Source: Candidatus Bathyarchaeia archaeon
GTDB lineage: Archaea; Thermoproteota; Bathyarchaeia; 40CM-2-53-6
Assembly: GCA_050013255.1 (NCBI GenBank)
Contig: JBEKFP010000001.1
Location: forward strand, 1,024,001 to 1,088,000
DNA length: 64,000 nt
Direction: 5' to 3'
In this document: one piece after another, positions 9,465-19,701 of the stretch
Numbering within the stretch: position 1 is the stretch's first letter
Layout of the letters: every line of letters starts with the position of its first letter
Notes under the pieces: model-generated
What the model saw: the letters and a program-made list of their open reading frames with translations, nothing else
The model's database searches: none
Told to the model about the DNA's origin: nothing
Made by a program: the position numbers and the translations under genes

Positions 9465-9866
9465 TTAGGCCTTCTTTTGATTCTTGGTCTTGAAAACTTC
9501 TTCCGGGCGTATGTTGTCAACTTGGCCGTAGAAGAAGATCGCATCCACATGGCCCCCTGGCTTGAACTCGAAGACGTGCCACTCCAGCTCCGGAATATGT
9601 AGCGTCATTCCAGTCTCCAGCAGCACGCGCGTTTCAAGCCGGTCGCGTGTAGGGCCGTATCGGACCCAGCTGTCTTTGGCACTGAGGATATGAAACGCCT
9701 CTTCCGCATGTTGATGCGGTTCCATGGGACCGCTTTCCTCTGAGTAGTGACCAAAGCCAACTGTCATACGATCACTAGGCCAGAATGCGCCCTTCCCAAC
9801 GACCTCTTGGATAATTCTACCCGGCAATCGTTCCTGCTTAACATCCTGACGCTTTATGACCTTCAA
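9465..9866 (-). CDS. Cupin domain protein
   Basis: Cupin motifs PHQHAEE and IPELEWH. Start moved to TTG 9866, which follows a GAGGAG SD. Confidence 0.8.
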   Translation of the reverse strand: MKVIKRQDVKQERLPGRIIQEVVGKGAFWPSDRMTVGFGHYSEESGPMEPHQHAEEAFHILSAKDSWVRYGPTRDRLETRVLLETGMTLHIPELEWHVFEFKPGGHVDAIFFYGQVDNIRPEEVFKTKNQKKA

Positions 9867-10062
9867 ATTGCACTCCTCAACGCAATTCGTTAGGGAGGCT
9901 GAAAGCGTCCTTATAGGTTCACGTGGCGCTTTCCGATGTCGTAAAACAAGGGATTTTCTCGATGAAAGGAAATTCAAGATTATCATTTGTGGAAAAATCA
10001 GGCTGCTTACTTAACCAACATAGTTGAAGAATACTCGGTCTGACCTTCGTGAGGTGATTTGG

Positions 10063-10896
10063 GTGGAGTTATGCGCTCACATGCGTTGCTTCCCGATGTA
10101 TTCAATGGAGAAAGCCGTTGAGATTGTTGCCCAGTTGGGTTTCAAGTCCCTAGAAGTCGCAGCAGTGAGGCCCGGCCTATCTTATCCTGACGACTACACG
10201 AAAGATGACGTGCTGAAGCTCAGAGATCATATTCGGTCCAATGGGCTAAGGGTCGCTGCGATACACACTGACGATGGTAGCCCTCATACTTCCAACCTGA
10301 CGAATTACAACGAGAGGGTTAGGCGTTGGAAGATAGAGCACCTGAAGACTAGCGCAGAGCTTGCATCCCTTCTCGACGCCGACGTCGTATCGACAACATG
10401 CGGATACTCGATGCTAACTGAGACGCCTAGGCAGGAGGCGTGGAAGTGGGCGATGGAAGGATTCACAGAAGCCGCGAAGACATCTAAAACTCACGGAGTG
10501 TCTCTCGCTCTCGAACCAGCTCCAGGTACAATCATTAGAGATTCCAAAGACGGAATTCGAATGCTTGACGAGATCAACATGGATAACGTCAAACTCCTCC
10601 TGGATACTGGACATGCGATGATTGCTTCACACAACAGTTGGAGGGAAAATGGCCCCACCCTAGCAGATTCAATTCACGATTCTCGGAAGTACCTGATTCA
10701 CGTCCACGTTGACGACAACAATGGGACTATGGATGAGCATCTAGTCCCGGGTACTGGTGTAGTCGATTTCGAAACGGTGCTAGTCGCTCTTCGCGACATC
10801 AATTACGAGCGATACCTATCGTTCGAAATCTCTGCGCGGGACCCAAGGAAGGGACTGAGGGATAGCAAGCGGTACATCGAAAAGCTCCTGAAGTAG
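10063..10896 (+). CDS. Sugar phosphate isomerase/epimerase (AP-endonuclease-2 TIM barrel, D-tagatose 3-epimerase-like)
   Basis: Metal ligands in LALEP, LDTGH, HVHVDD, DEHLVPGTG, LSFE. GTG start at 10063 follows GAGGTGA. Confidence 0.88.
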   Translation: MELCAHMRCFPMYSMEKAVEIVAQLGFKSLEVAAVRPGLSYPDDYTKDDVLKLRDHIRSNGLRVAAIHTDDGSPHTSNLTNYNERVRRWKIEHLKTSAELASLLDADVVSTTCGYSMLTETPRQEAWKWAMEGFTEAAKTSKTHGVSLALEPAPGTIIRDSKDGIRMLDEINMDNVKLLLDTGHAMIASHNSWRENGPTLADSIHDSRKYLIHVHVDDNNGTMDEHLVPGTGVVDFETVLVALRDINYERYLSFEISARDPRKGLRDSKRYIEKLLK

Positions 10897-10929
10897 ATGG
10901 AACGCCTCAGGGCTTTGGAGCTGTTTGGG

Positions 10930-12180
10930 TTATGTGCTTACTACTTCTTGGACGACTTGCTTGAATTCATCATCTGTTAGAGCGCGTTTGTGTTCGATCC
11001 CTGCCTGTTTCACACGCGTGAGTATTGGGGCAATCTTATCCTCCGGAGCCGTAAGTCCCAACTCTTTGAGCTTGTAGGTGATTGACGGCCTGCCGCTTTT
11101 CTTTCCAACGACGATCTTGTGGCTCGCTCCGCCGACGAATTCGGGTGTGAAGGCGAAAATTTCTAGGGGCGATAGGTTTTGGTCACGTATCCTGTCCCAC
11201 CAACCCGCTACGATTCCAGATTCCACCGTGAATATTCCGTCGCCCACGACCGCCTTTCCAGGCGGCATCTTTACGCCTGAACATTCCTGAACGAGTTTTG
11301 AGAGCGGTGTGAGTTTGTCGTATTTTATGTTATTATCTATCCCGTACAAGCACTTTGTGGCCATCGCCACCTCTTCGAGCGGAGCACCGCCAGAGCCTTC
11401 GCTAATCCCGTTGACGGTCGTGTGAATTACTTCTGCGCCTTGTTGGACGGCCGCTATGGAATTTGCCACAGCGAGGCCGAACGTGTTGTGGCAGTGTATC
11501 TCGATTGGCTTCCGAACCTTCGCCTTGAGCTTCTTCACAAGGTAAGAGATTGCGACCGGTGAAGCAACGCCGAACGTGTCAACCACAGTTAGTGCATCCA
11601 TGTGGCCTTTTGTAGCGACTGCGTTGATGATTTTCCAGCATGTCGAGAATGGTGACCTCGTGGAGTCTAGAGTGAAGAACGTTACGTAGAGGCCGTGTTC
11701 ATGCGCATAGCTTGTGCTCTCAACGGTAAGTTCAAGTGCTTTCTCCACCGTCCAACCATAAGCATTCTTGAGGAGGGTTTCGCTTGTCGGTATTTCCATC
11801 TGAACGCCATCAACGTCACATCTTAACGCGTTGTCAACGTCCGCTTTCATACACCGGGATAGGCAGAAGATCCTGGCATTCAGGCCCATACCCTTAATCG
11901 TCTTGATTGCTTGCGCGTCCTCCTCAGAAACGCCAGGCATGCCTGCTTCTATTCGGTCGACGCCCGCCTCGTCCAAGAGCTTAGCGATTCTGATTTTCTC
12001 ATCCTTTCGAAAGACAAGACCGGCCTGCTGTTCGCCGTCCCTTAGAGTAAGGTCGTGGAATTTGATTTTCTTAGGGAATTTCATTCCCTTTCTTGCTTGG
12101 CTGTCATAATTGTAGTGGCTAACACGATAATTCTTAGTGTTCCACGGTTCCTTCAATGGAAGTACCCAAGCAGGTAGCAT
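10930..12180 (-). CDS. DRE-TIM metallolyase, homocitrate/isopropylmalate/citramalate synthase family (no regulatory domain)
   Basis: DLTLRDGEQ, IEAG, DTFG, HCHNTFGLAVAN, VGKKSG. Confidence 0.88.
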   Translation of the reverse strand: MLPAWVLPLKEPWNTKNYRVSHYNYDSQARKGMKFPKKIKFHDLTLRDGEQQAGLVFRKDEKIRIAKLLDEAGVDRIEAGMPGVSEEDAQAIKTIKGMGLNARIFCLSRCMKADVDNALRCDVDGVQMEIPTSETLLKNAYGWTVEKALELTVESTSYAHEHGLYVTFFTLDSTRSPFSTCWKIINAVATKGHMDALTVVDTFGVASPVAISYLVKKLKAKVRKPIEIHCHNTFGLAVANSIAAVQQGAEVIHTTVNGISEGSGGAPLEEVAMATKCLYGIDNNIKYDKLTPLSKLVQECSGVKMPPGKAVVGDGIFTVESGIVAGWWDRIRDQNLSPLEIFAFTPEFVGGASHKIVVGKKSGRPSITYKLKELGLTAPEDKIAPILTRVKQAGIEHKRALTDDEFKQVVQEVVST

Positions 12181-12284
12181 CCGAGAGCAATATTTATGCT
12201 ACGGCTGAGTTTTCCAAAAGAGAGAAACTCTGATACTTTTCGATAGTAGCATCGCATGCATCCCGATTGAAATATGTTAAGTGC

Positions 12285-13262
12285 CTAACTTTTCGGCGCG
12301 TGCAAATGTTCCTTCGGAAATTCAACGCCCACTGTGTACTGTAACTTGCCGGCGTTAAGGACCATCTGATAGGTGTTCACTCTGACTCCGGGACAGGTCG
12401 ACAGGACGAGGTAGGCGTCACGGTGATTTCTTCCGTAGTCCTCTTTGAGCCAATCCATCATCCAAAGCATTGCTTGCTTAACAGCTTCTTCCAGAGGTCT
12501 GAAGGAATTGAGTTGGATTATGGAGTCTTTCTTTTCCACGCGTACGAAGGGTATGGATTTCTTCTTGATGACCCGGCATGATAGCCTGACTTCTGCAGAA
12601 CATTCGTCGGCTACGCCTGAGAATTCTGTATCGCCCATACACGCATGAACGTCCCCGAGAAAGAGTAATGCACCATCGGTGAATATCGGGAAGTACACTC
12701 TGCTTCCCTTGCAAATGTCCCTAGAGTCTAGGTTGCCACCATAAGGTCCCTGATTCATCGCTGAGGCCAAGTACTCCCATTCAGGCGCAACTCCGATAGT
12801 GCCAATGTGCGGCTTCAGGTCCCACGTGTCCCCAGTGGGAAGGACAGCTTTACCGTCGGAGGTAGTTCCGCTGGGACCTTTAGTGTGCCTGATTATGCTC
12901 GTGAAGGGGCCTCTGCATTCACTGTACTTCACCGAGTCTGAAAGTGGCCCGAAATCAGTTATAATCCAATGGGCGCCCTGATCGCTGGGTATTATGTCAA
13001 TTATGTCGACCGCTAGTATGTCTCCTTTCCGTGCATTTTTGACATAGATTGGCCCGGAGAGGAAATTCGCTTTCATAGGTGACGCTACGAGTAGATCGCC
13101 TAGAACTTCTGGAACTGGCAGGTCTTTCGCGGTCTTAATTCGGTTTCCGAGAGCATCAACAGTCTCAACAGCAAACTCCTCGCCTTCCTCGACTCGAAGT
13201 AATGGTTCTGCTTGGCTGGAAAACGCGTATTGTTTTGCTTTCGACCGGTCTATTCGTTGCAT
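12285..13262 (-). CDS. Acetamidase/formamidase family protein
   Basis: ETVDA, N..SGPIYV..A..GD.L.V, PHIGTIGVAP, GGNLD, GALLFLGDVHACMGDTE. Start moved to ATG 13262. Confidence 0.9.
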   Translation of the reverse strand: MQRIDRSKAKQYAFSSQAEPLLRVEEGEEFAVETVDALGNRIKTAKDLPVPEVLGDLLVASPMKANFLSGPIYVKNARKGDILAVDIIDIIPSDQGAHWIITDFGPLSDSVKYSECRGPFTSIIRHTKGPSGTTSDGKAVLPTGDTWDLKPHIGTIGVAPEWEYLASAMNQGPYGGNLDSRDICKGSRVYFPIFTDGALLFLGDVHACMGDTEFSGVADECSAEVRLSCRVIKKKSIPFVRVEKKDSIIQLNSFRPLEEAVKQAMLWMMDWLKEDYGRNHRDAYLVLSTCPGVRVNTYQMVLNAGKLQYTVGVEFPKEHLHAPKS

Positions 13263-13283
13263 AAACCGCGTCGCAATACCCAC

Positions 13284-13300
13284 CATTAAATATAGCTTTT
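13284..13300. promoter_or_regulatory. Putative bidirectional TATA box
   Basis: TTAAATATAGCTTTT is the only AT box in the 59-bp gap between divergent starts at 13262 (-) and 13322 (+), about 24-28 nt from each. Confidence 0.5.
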
Positions 13301-13321
13301 GTATGATGTGCACGATTCATT

Positions 13322-14320
13322 TTGAGTGAAGTCGAGCTATGCGGAATTCACGTTAGTGCAGGCGAGAAGAAGGAAACATTTCTTGATGTGACTGCAACGA
13401 AGCCTCCGGCTTCTGTGCAAATCCCGATGACTATCATCAATGGTGCTAAGGAAGGGCCAACCCTTGCAGTTATTGCTGGCGTTCATGGCACGGAATACGC
13501 AGGCGTTGAGGCAGCGATACGAGCCGCGAAGGAGATTAATCCGCGAACGCTAAACGGGACATTGGTGGTTGTTCCGGCCGCGAATTGGCCTGCTCTATAT
13601 ACAAGAACTGTTGGCGTCTGTCCTTTGGACAACGTCGAATTATTCCGTGCGTTTCCAGGCAACCCAGACCGCTCAATAACCTACGTGATCGCAAGCCGAA
13701 TCTTCAATGACATAGTTCTCAAGAGCGATTTTGTCATCGACCTTCATGGAGGAGAAATGATCGAATCCAAGGCAAACCGTTGCTGCTGGTACGTCGAGAC
13801 GGGAACGGAAGATACTCGAAAGGCCTCGAAGCAGTTGGCAATCGCATTTGGCCTACCAAACATCTTGGACACTACGATGGTAATGGTTGGCAACGATAAA
13901 TGGCCCGGTCCAAGCGGAACCCTCCTATACGAAGCATCCTCGCGCGATGTACCGACTATCATTGGAGAAGCCGGAGGCGAGGGCAAAATTGAAGAAGACT
14001 CCGTCGCTGACCTCAGAAATGGAATTCAAAATGCACTCATACATATAGGCATGGTGAAAGGAAAACGTAAACCCTCACGAAAACCAACAGAACTAACCGA
14101 CCTAACAGGGCTAGTAGCAGATTCAGACGGCATATTCTTCTCCAAAGTCAAAACAGCTGAGAAAGTTAGGAAGGACCAGTTGATTGGAGAGGTCAAAGAC
14201 ATTCGTGGCCAAAGAGTACAGGAACTAATTGCACCATTCAACGGGCTAGTCCATGCGCAGTATTGCGCGCCAATCACCAGAAAAGGCGAACCCACAATCT
14301 GGTTCGTACGAAAGCGTTAG
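13322..14320 (+). CDS. Succinylglutamate desuccinylase/aspartoacylase (M14) family deacylase
   Basis: AGVHGTEY (HxxE), FRAFPG, IDLHGG, GEAGG, and a C-terminal barrel-sandwich segment. Confidence 0.9.
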   Translation: MSEVELCGIHVSAGEKKETFLDVTATKPPASVQIPMTIINGAKEGPTLAVIAGVHGTEYAGVEAAIRAAKEINPRTLNGTLVVVPAANWPALYTRTVGVCPLDNVELFRAFPGNPDRSITYVIASRIFNDIVLKSDFVIDLHGGEMIESKANRCCWYVETGTEDTRKASKQLAIAFGLPNILDTTMVMVGNDKWPGPSGTLLYEASSRDVPTIIGEAGGEGKIEEDSVADLRNGIQNALIHIGMVKGKRKPSRKPTELTDLTGLVADSDGIFFSKVKTAEKVRKDQLIGEVKDIRGQRVQELIAPFNGLVHAQYCAPITRKGEPTIWFVRKR

Positions 14321-14348
14321 TTACGCGCAGCCTCCCTCTCGTGGAACC

Positions 14349-15203
14349 TTAACGGGATACTTCGCCGACTTCTCTATACCAAGGCTTAGAAGTACCCGTC
14401 TTAGCACGCTTCTCCCAATCCTTCGTCTTGGGGCATGCATCAATAATCTTCCGCAACCCAGCCACCCTATCTGTGACAATAGCACACTGCCCGTCGGTAA
14501 TACCTGCCTTCTGACTCGCCAGCTCACGAGCCAGCGCATCTACCGACCCTAGGTTGTTCGTCGCGTCGTACCAAAATCCCCAATCGTTAGATAGTATCCT
14601 CGAAACATATCCGGCATCTATCATGTCATTGCCCGGTTCCTCTAGAACGTCATGCCCTAAGAAGAGGACGATTAAATCTAATACGTCTTTGCGATTGATC
14701 TGATGTATTTGCAATTTTTCGAGAACTATGTCCGCAAGGGATATTGTTGGGTAGTCAAGTTCTAGCCTTCCCGAGCCGGGCTTTTTCCCGAATTCAACGT
14801 CGTGGCTGAATTCCAGTTTGTCAATGAATAGGTCGATTGGAAACTTGCCTTCAGGATGATGGTAAATCAGCCTTCGTCCTCCGAACATCATATTAGCCAT
14901 GTTGTCCGGTTTGAACCCCGCCTCCTCGAGGATCTTGGTTGCATTACCTCTTTGCTTACCATATAACGCGAGGTCTAGGTCTGTGAACATGGGCTTTCCA
15001 TCACCGAGCCTGCCCAATGATTTGAACGCTGACAGGGCAACCTGGTTGTCGAGGGAATGAACATAAACGGCGAAAGCGCCTAGGAATCTCAGGAAGATTT
15101 GCTTTGCCTGAGCTTTTTCGACAATGACGCTCGCTTCCTTGAGAAACTCGGTCTCATTCATCTGAACGAAGTGTGCTGGTTGGGTCAAAGGAAGATTGGG
15201 CAC
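14349..15203 (-). CDS. Uncharacterised nucleotidyltransferase-like protein (Pol-beta superfamily)
   Basis: LRFLGAFAV...FTDLDL (DxD) and IDLFID (third Asp). Shares KLQI..IN.KD..D, LSNDWG and WY.EVGEV with 56300..57190. Confidence 0.75.
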   Translation of the reverse strand: MPNLPLTQPAHFVQMNETEFLKEASVIVEKAQAKQIFLRFLGAFAVYVHSLDNQVALSAFKSLGRLGDGKPMFTDLDLALYGKQRGNATKILEEAGFKPDNMANMMFGGRRLIYHHPEGKFPIDLFIDKLEFSHDVEFGKKPGSGRLELDYPTISLADIVLEKLQIHQINRKDVLDLIVLFLGHDVLEEPGNDMIDAGYVSRILSNDWGFWYDATNNLGSVDALARELASQKAGITDGQCAIVTDRVAGLRKIIDACPKTKDWEKRAKTGTSKPWYREVGEVSR

Positions 15204-15497
15204 ATCCTGCCTTCGCTTGCATCACGTGAATTTCGACACAATTAATAGAGGTTATGACTAGCAAGCGACGCTGACAAAAGCCTCACTGCAATTCCAGAAC
15301 AACTCCATCCAGCTACTCCCGGAATCATTCAAGAGATGTCGAAACCAATTGATAGCATTGGGCTATTTTTCAATGCACATGGTGGAACATTGACGTATCA
15401 GCTGGAGGTGGGCGCTTGCCTAAATGATATAAACACGAATCAAAACTTTGCAATACCAAGGAATGGCCTCCATATCTTGCCCCTGATAAGGAAATGT

Positions 15498-15513
15498 TCG
15501 AAAACTATATATT
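15498..15513 (+). promoter_or_regulatory. Archaeal BRE/TATA promoter of APC permease
   Basis: CGAAAAC-TATATAT lies about 37 nt upstream of TTG 15549, with a GAGTGA SD in between. Confidence 0.5.
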
Positions 15514-15548
15514 TCGCCAATTCATGCCGAAAGTGCGAGTGAAAGTAT

Positions 15549-17138
15549 TTGGCTGCCAAGCAGGAATTTTTTGCTAGGAAAGCTTCAGGTCTCGTGAGGC
15601 AAATCTCAGCCAAAGACGCATTGATGTTTAACATTCTATTCATGGGGCCTAATTGGACTTTCATCTACATTGTTTTTGACGCTGCGCTCTACCCTGGTGC
15701 AAACGTGCCTTTAGCCCAACTGATTGTTGCCCCCCTCATCTTCATAGTCGCGTTAACTTACACTATGCTGGCGGTGACGATGCCTCGGGCGGGGGCGGAC
15801 TTCGTTTGGATCAGCAGATCAATTCATCCCTTCGTCGGTTTCATTGAGAGCTGGATCTTGGTAGTTTTCATCGCATCGTATTTTGGCGTACAGGGAAGCG
15901 CATTCATTGGGCCCGCAATCGGGAGCCTCTATGGTGGCTGGGCGTTGATCACGAACAATCCGGGACTGACGAGCATGATTGCGACCCTCACCACTCCGCT
16001 GAATCTGGTAATCTTCACCGTGATCTGTATTGTAATAACTCAGATACAGGTCGCTGCTGGAACAAAGAACTACTTTAGACTTCAGTGGGTCTGGTTCAGC
16101 TTCGTCTGCTTGGGCATTCTACTCTACGCGGGCTCAATGCTTCTGACTGGACACGATGGATTCGTCGCAAGATTCAATCAACTCTCAGGTATGAACTACG
16201 ACAACATAATAACGGCTGCGCAGTCGGCAGGCTACAACACCGGTTTCACTACATTCGGAATGCTGTTCGGAACGGTGTACGCATTCTTGATTTACTGGGG
16301 CTTCTCGTGGTCCTCATTTTTCGCTGGAGAAATGAAAGAGGCATACCGGTCCCAGATCATCGCGATAGTAGGCGGTGTAATCATCTTCGCGTTCGCGACC
16401 TGGGGACAATACCAGATCGCCTACATGGTTGTAGGCCAACCATTCATGCATGCCGCATCATACCTTGCCGTGTCCGGTAACCCTGCATGGACCGCGCCGA
16501 CAGGCCCCTGGCTCTGCTACCTTGTAGCTTTCGCAACCAACAATCCCTATGTCGCAGCAATAGTCGCATCCTCAATTCTGATTGGCGTCTTAGGAACGCT
16601 GGCGTCGTACTCATTCATGATGACAAGAGTGTTGTTCGCGTGGTCTTTCGACCGTCTCCTCCCAACTGCGTTCTCGAACCTTGACCGGCAATTTCACTCA
16701 CCAAGAAATGCCCTCGGCCTTGCATTCGTCTTAGCTATGGTCTTCGTCTACCTCGGTAACTATACGACCTTGCTTAACTACCTAGTCTACGGAACTCTGG
16801 GATTATGGGCAACTTCCACGATTGTCGGAATTGCCGCCGCAGTATTTCCGTATAGGCGCAAGGATATCTTCGAGAAAGCGCCCGGGATTGCGAAGAAGAT
16901 GATCGGCAAAGTTCCCTTGATGGCACTGCTAGGAGCGATAACCGCCGTCGTCAGCGCCTTCGGCGCAATCGCATCCGCTCTGCCGCAATTCATTGGTGCT
17001 CCGGTCAACCCATTCTACGTAGCGGCCGCAGGCGCAACAGTGTTCATTGGAATCATCTACTTCGTCTTAGTCTACACATACAACCAGCGGAGAGGCCTCG
17101 ACATGACCATCGCCTTCCGCGAAATACCGCCCCTATAA
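15549..17138 (+). CDS. APC-family amino acid permease
   Basis: Many hydrophobic segments; FARKASGLVR N-terminus, MPRAGAD..WISR, AGEMK, RVLFAWSFDRLLP, C-terminal FREIPP. Confidence 0.92.
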   Translation: MAAKQEFFARKASGLVRQISAKDALMFNILFMGPNWTFIYIVFDAALYPGANVPLAQLIVAPLIFIVALTYTMLAVTMPRAGADFVWISRSIHPFVGFIESWILVVFIASYFGVQGSAFIGPAIGSLYGGWALITNNPGLTSMIATLTTPLNLVIFTVICIVITQIQVAAGTKNYFRLQWVWFSFVCLGILLYAGSMLLTGHDGFVARFNQLSGMNYDNIITAAQSAGYNTGFTTFGMLFGTVYAFLIYWGFSWSSFFAGEMKEAYRSQIIAIVGGVIIFAFATWGQYQIAYMVVGQPFMHAASYLAVSGNPAWTAPTGPWLCYLVAFATNNPYVAAIVASSILIGVLGTLASYSFMMTRVLFAWSFDRLLPTAFSNLDRQFHSPRNALGLAFVLAMVFVYLGNYTTLLNYLVYGTLGLWATSTIVGIAAAVFPYRRKDIFEKAPGIAKKMIGKVPLMALLGAITAVVSAFGAIASALPQFIGAPVNPFYVAAAGATVFIGIIYFVLVYTYNQRRGLDMTIAFREIPPL

Positions 17139-17259
17139 TTTCACAGGACAAACCTAACCGAACAGGCTCTCCTCACAACTGAGCGGAGAGTCAGCTCTCA
17201 CTTTCTAGTCGACTAACTGAACTTTGTGCTCCAGTCGTCGTCTGTACCTTCGGGGCACT

Positions 17260-18234
17260 TCACCCAGAAGTTAGCTGCCAACTGAGCACTTTCTTGTCTG
17301 CGAGGTTCACGAGTACTCCTCGCAGTATTCCCTCCGAGTATTCGCTGCCGGGGTTGACGACTTGTGTTCTCCCAATTTTACATACCCCTCTGGACTCGTG
17401 TACGTGACCGCACAAGTCGATTAGCGGTTGATACTTGTCAATTGCTTTTCGAACCGCTGCGCTTCCAGCTCCAAACATGATAGGTTGTCCACCACGATCA
17501 ACCACAGGTTTTGGAGGGTACACCGAGTCGTCTAACTTCTGAACAGTGTCTAGGCCGCAGTCTATTGGTGGACTGTGGAAGTTGAAAACACAATTGGCCG
17601 TGTTTGTCACAGAGGCCATTACTTTCTCAATGCGTTCACTGAGTTCCCCTTCATTGCATTCACGCGGGCATTTCCAAGGAGTTGGATTGCTCCATCCCAT
17701 GCTTGCCATTTCATGAAGCGGATCGATCTTGACCACCTTGTTATCTGGATTCTTCACGTGCTTAGTCTCCTTGATCTCGTCGATAACCTCCTGCATGTCA
17801 TCGTTTCCACCAGTAATGAAGCAAGGGGTGTTCGATTCGCTTAGAACTCGTTCGGCCAAATCAATCCAACGAACAAGCGTTTCCTTCATAACCTTGACAA
17901 AGAGAGCGTCAACCTTCTCCTTTGAAGCTTGGAGCTCTTCCATCTCAGACATGCTGCAATGGTAGTAGTAGTAACCGCTGTCGCCTATTCGCCGTTCCAG
18001 ATCCTTGACAGCTTCAGGAGTCTTGAGGATTTCTTCATTCCCAACGAACCTTGCTCTGAATGTCCCGTCACCCAGATCTACAATCGGTATCACGAGTTTC
18101 CCGGTGACATCTCCCCCCAGCACAAGAACATCTGCCTTGTAGAATTTGGTAGCGGCTAAGAATTTCGTGAAGCAGCGCTCAGATCCGTGGATGTCCGTCG
18201 CAAAGAAGACCCTTGTGAATTTCTTTCCTTGCAT
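17260..18234 (-). CDS. Calcineurin-like (Icc-related) metallophosphoesterase
   Basis: Motifs DIHG, GGDVTGK, GGNDD, HSPP, GHVHES, NPGSEY. Confidence 0.9.
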   Translation of the reverse strand: MQGKKFTRVFFATDIHGSERCFTKFLAATKFYKADVLVLGGDVTGKLVIPIVDLGDGTFRARFVGNEEILKTPEAVKDLERRIGDSGYYYYHCSMSEMEELQASKEKVDALFVKVMKETLVRWIDLAERVLSESNTPCFITGGNDDMQEVIDEIKETKHVKNPDNKVVKIDPLHEMASMGWSNPTPWKCPRECNEGELSERIEKVMASVTNTANCVFNFHSPPIDCGLDTVQKLDDSVYPPKPVVDRGGQPIMFGAGSAAVRKAIDKYQPLIDLCGHVHESRGVCKIGRTQVVNPGSEYSEGILRGVLVNLADKKVLSWQLTSG

Positions 18235-18411
18235 TCAAACTTCTCTCGTTGTGTTTCCTTCCAAGGCACCGTCTTTGCCAGTGAATTTAATACCTATGCA
18301 CACCTTCCTTAGATGAAAAATAGGGCTTCAGCCTGACTTTATATATTATAAGATAACTTCGTAGCATTTTCTTATATTGGCAAGCGTTCTAGTCCCCCGC
18401 GTTGATTAAGT

Positions 18412-19599
18412 ATGGATCTTCCACCTATCAAGACTTTAATGACTCCTGGTCCCGCAGAAGTTTATCCTGAGATTCTCGCCCTGCTAAACAGGCCTCAACT
18501 CATACATTATGGCAAAGCTTGGGGTGATTTTCACAGGGAAACCTGCCGTTCACTTAGCCCTCTTTTCGGAACAACTCAGGAACCAATATTGCACTATGGC
18601 CCCGGCAGCATGTGTATGGAGGTCGGTATGGCCAACACTCTCAATGAAGGAGACCACGTGATCAACGTAATCACCGGCTACTTCGGCCATAGGTGGGAGG
18701 ATATGTTGAAACAAAGAAAACTCATTCCCCACAGTATAACCGCTGTCGTAGGACAAACAATTCCACCTGAGGCGGTTGAGAAGGCGTTCAAAGAACACAA
18801 AGAGGCGAAAGCAATTGTGGCATGCCAAGTGGATACCTCCACGGGCGTACTTAGCCCAATTCAACAATATGCGGAAATTGCTAGGAAGTACGGGGCGTTC
18901 TTCATCTTGGACGCGATATCTGCTTTCGGCGGAGTACCGCTCGAAATGGACAAGTGGGGATTGGACTATTGCGTTGGATATCCGAGCAAATGCCTCAGCT
19001 CAATCTCAGGAGTTACACCCGTTGCGATATCAAAACGGGTATGGGAAGTCGTGGAGACAGAAGAGCATAAGGCCGGTTGGTACTTTGATCTCAAAACCTA
19101 CAAGTGGTACTTTCATGATTGGGGGTCATGGGGACACCCCTACCCAACCACGATACCAATCCAAGCCGTCATAGCCATTCGGGAAGCGGTTAACATTATC
19201 CAGCGCGAAAGGCTTCAGAATTGTCACTTGAGGCACCAAAGGTCTGGGAAGGCGGTACGCGCAGCCGTCCGCGCTATGGGAATGAAGTGCCTTGCGAATG
19301 AAGAGGTTGCATCACCGACCGTCACACCAATCATAGTCGGAGACGACTTGGAGAAGAGAGTGCAGGCAATTATGGCTGAGAAACACAACATTCACGTCGG
19401 AGTGAGCCTGGTTTCGCCAGTAACAATCCGGTTCGGGCACATGGGACGATCAGCCTACCCAGATTTGATACTTGGCACAATCTCAGCACTTGAATCCGTC
19501 CTAGCGGAACTCGGCAGACCCATAAAGTGGGGTGCAGGGCTCGCCGCCGCCCAAGAACACCTGGCTTCTACAACAAGACCCATCCTAGTCGAACATTAG
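18412..19599 (+). CDS. Class V aminotransferase (alanine-glyoxylate/serine-pyruvate type)
   Basis: LMTPGP, DTSTGV, DAISAFGG, PSKCLS (PLP Lys), YPTT, IRFGHMG. Confidence 0.9.
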   Translation: MDLPPIKTLMTPGPAEVYPEILALLNRPQLIHYGKAWGDFHRETCRSLSPLFGTTQEPILHYGPGSMCMEVGMANTLNEGDHVINVITGYFGHRWEDMLKQRKLIPHSITAVVGQTIPPEAVEKAFKEHKEAKAIVACQVDTSTGVLSPIQQYAEIARKYGAFFILDAISAFGGVPLEMDKWGLDYCVGYPSKCLSSISGVTPVAISKRVWEVVETEEHKAGWYFDLKTYKWYFHDWGSWGHPYPTTIPIQAVIAIREAVNIIQRERLQNCHLRHQRSGKAVRAAVRAMGMKCLANEEVASPTVTPIIVGDDLEKRVQAIMAEKHNIHVGVSLVSPVTIRFGHMGRSAYPDLILGTISALESVLAELGRPIKWGAGLAAAQEHLASTTRPILVEH

Positions 19600-19701
19600 C
19601 GAATGGCAACCAACAAGCACCTTCGTACGGCCCCGTTCAGGCAGATCTTAGGCCACATCATGGGCCGGAACGACTCTTAGGACGTAATGTTGAGCTCACG
19701 G

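Noticed and set aside
14349-18234. Interpreting NTase plus phosphoesterase as CBASS or MNT-HEPN defence
   Set aside because: No effector, HEPN toxin or Cap genes; the consistent partner is an amino-acid permease.
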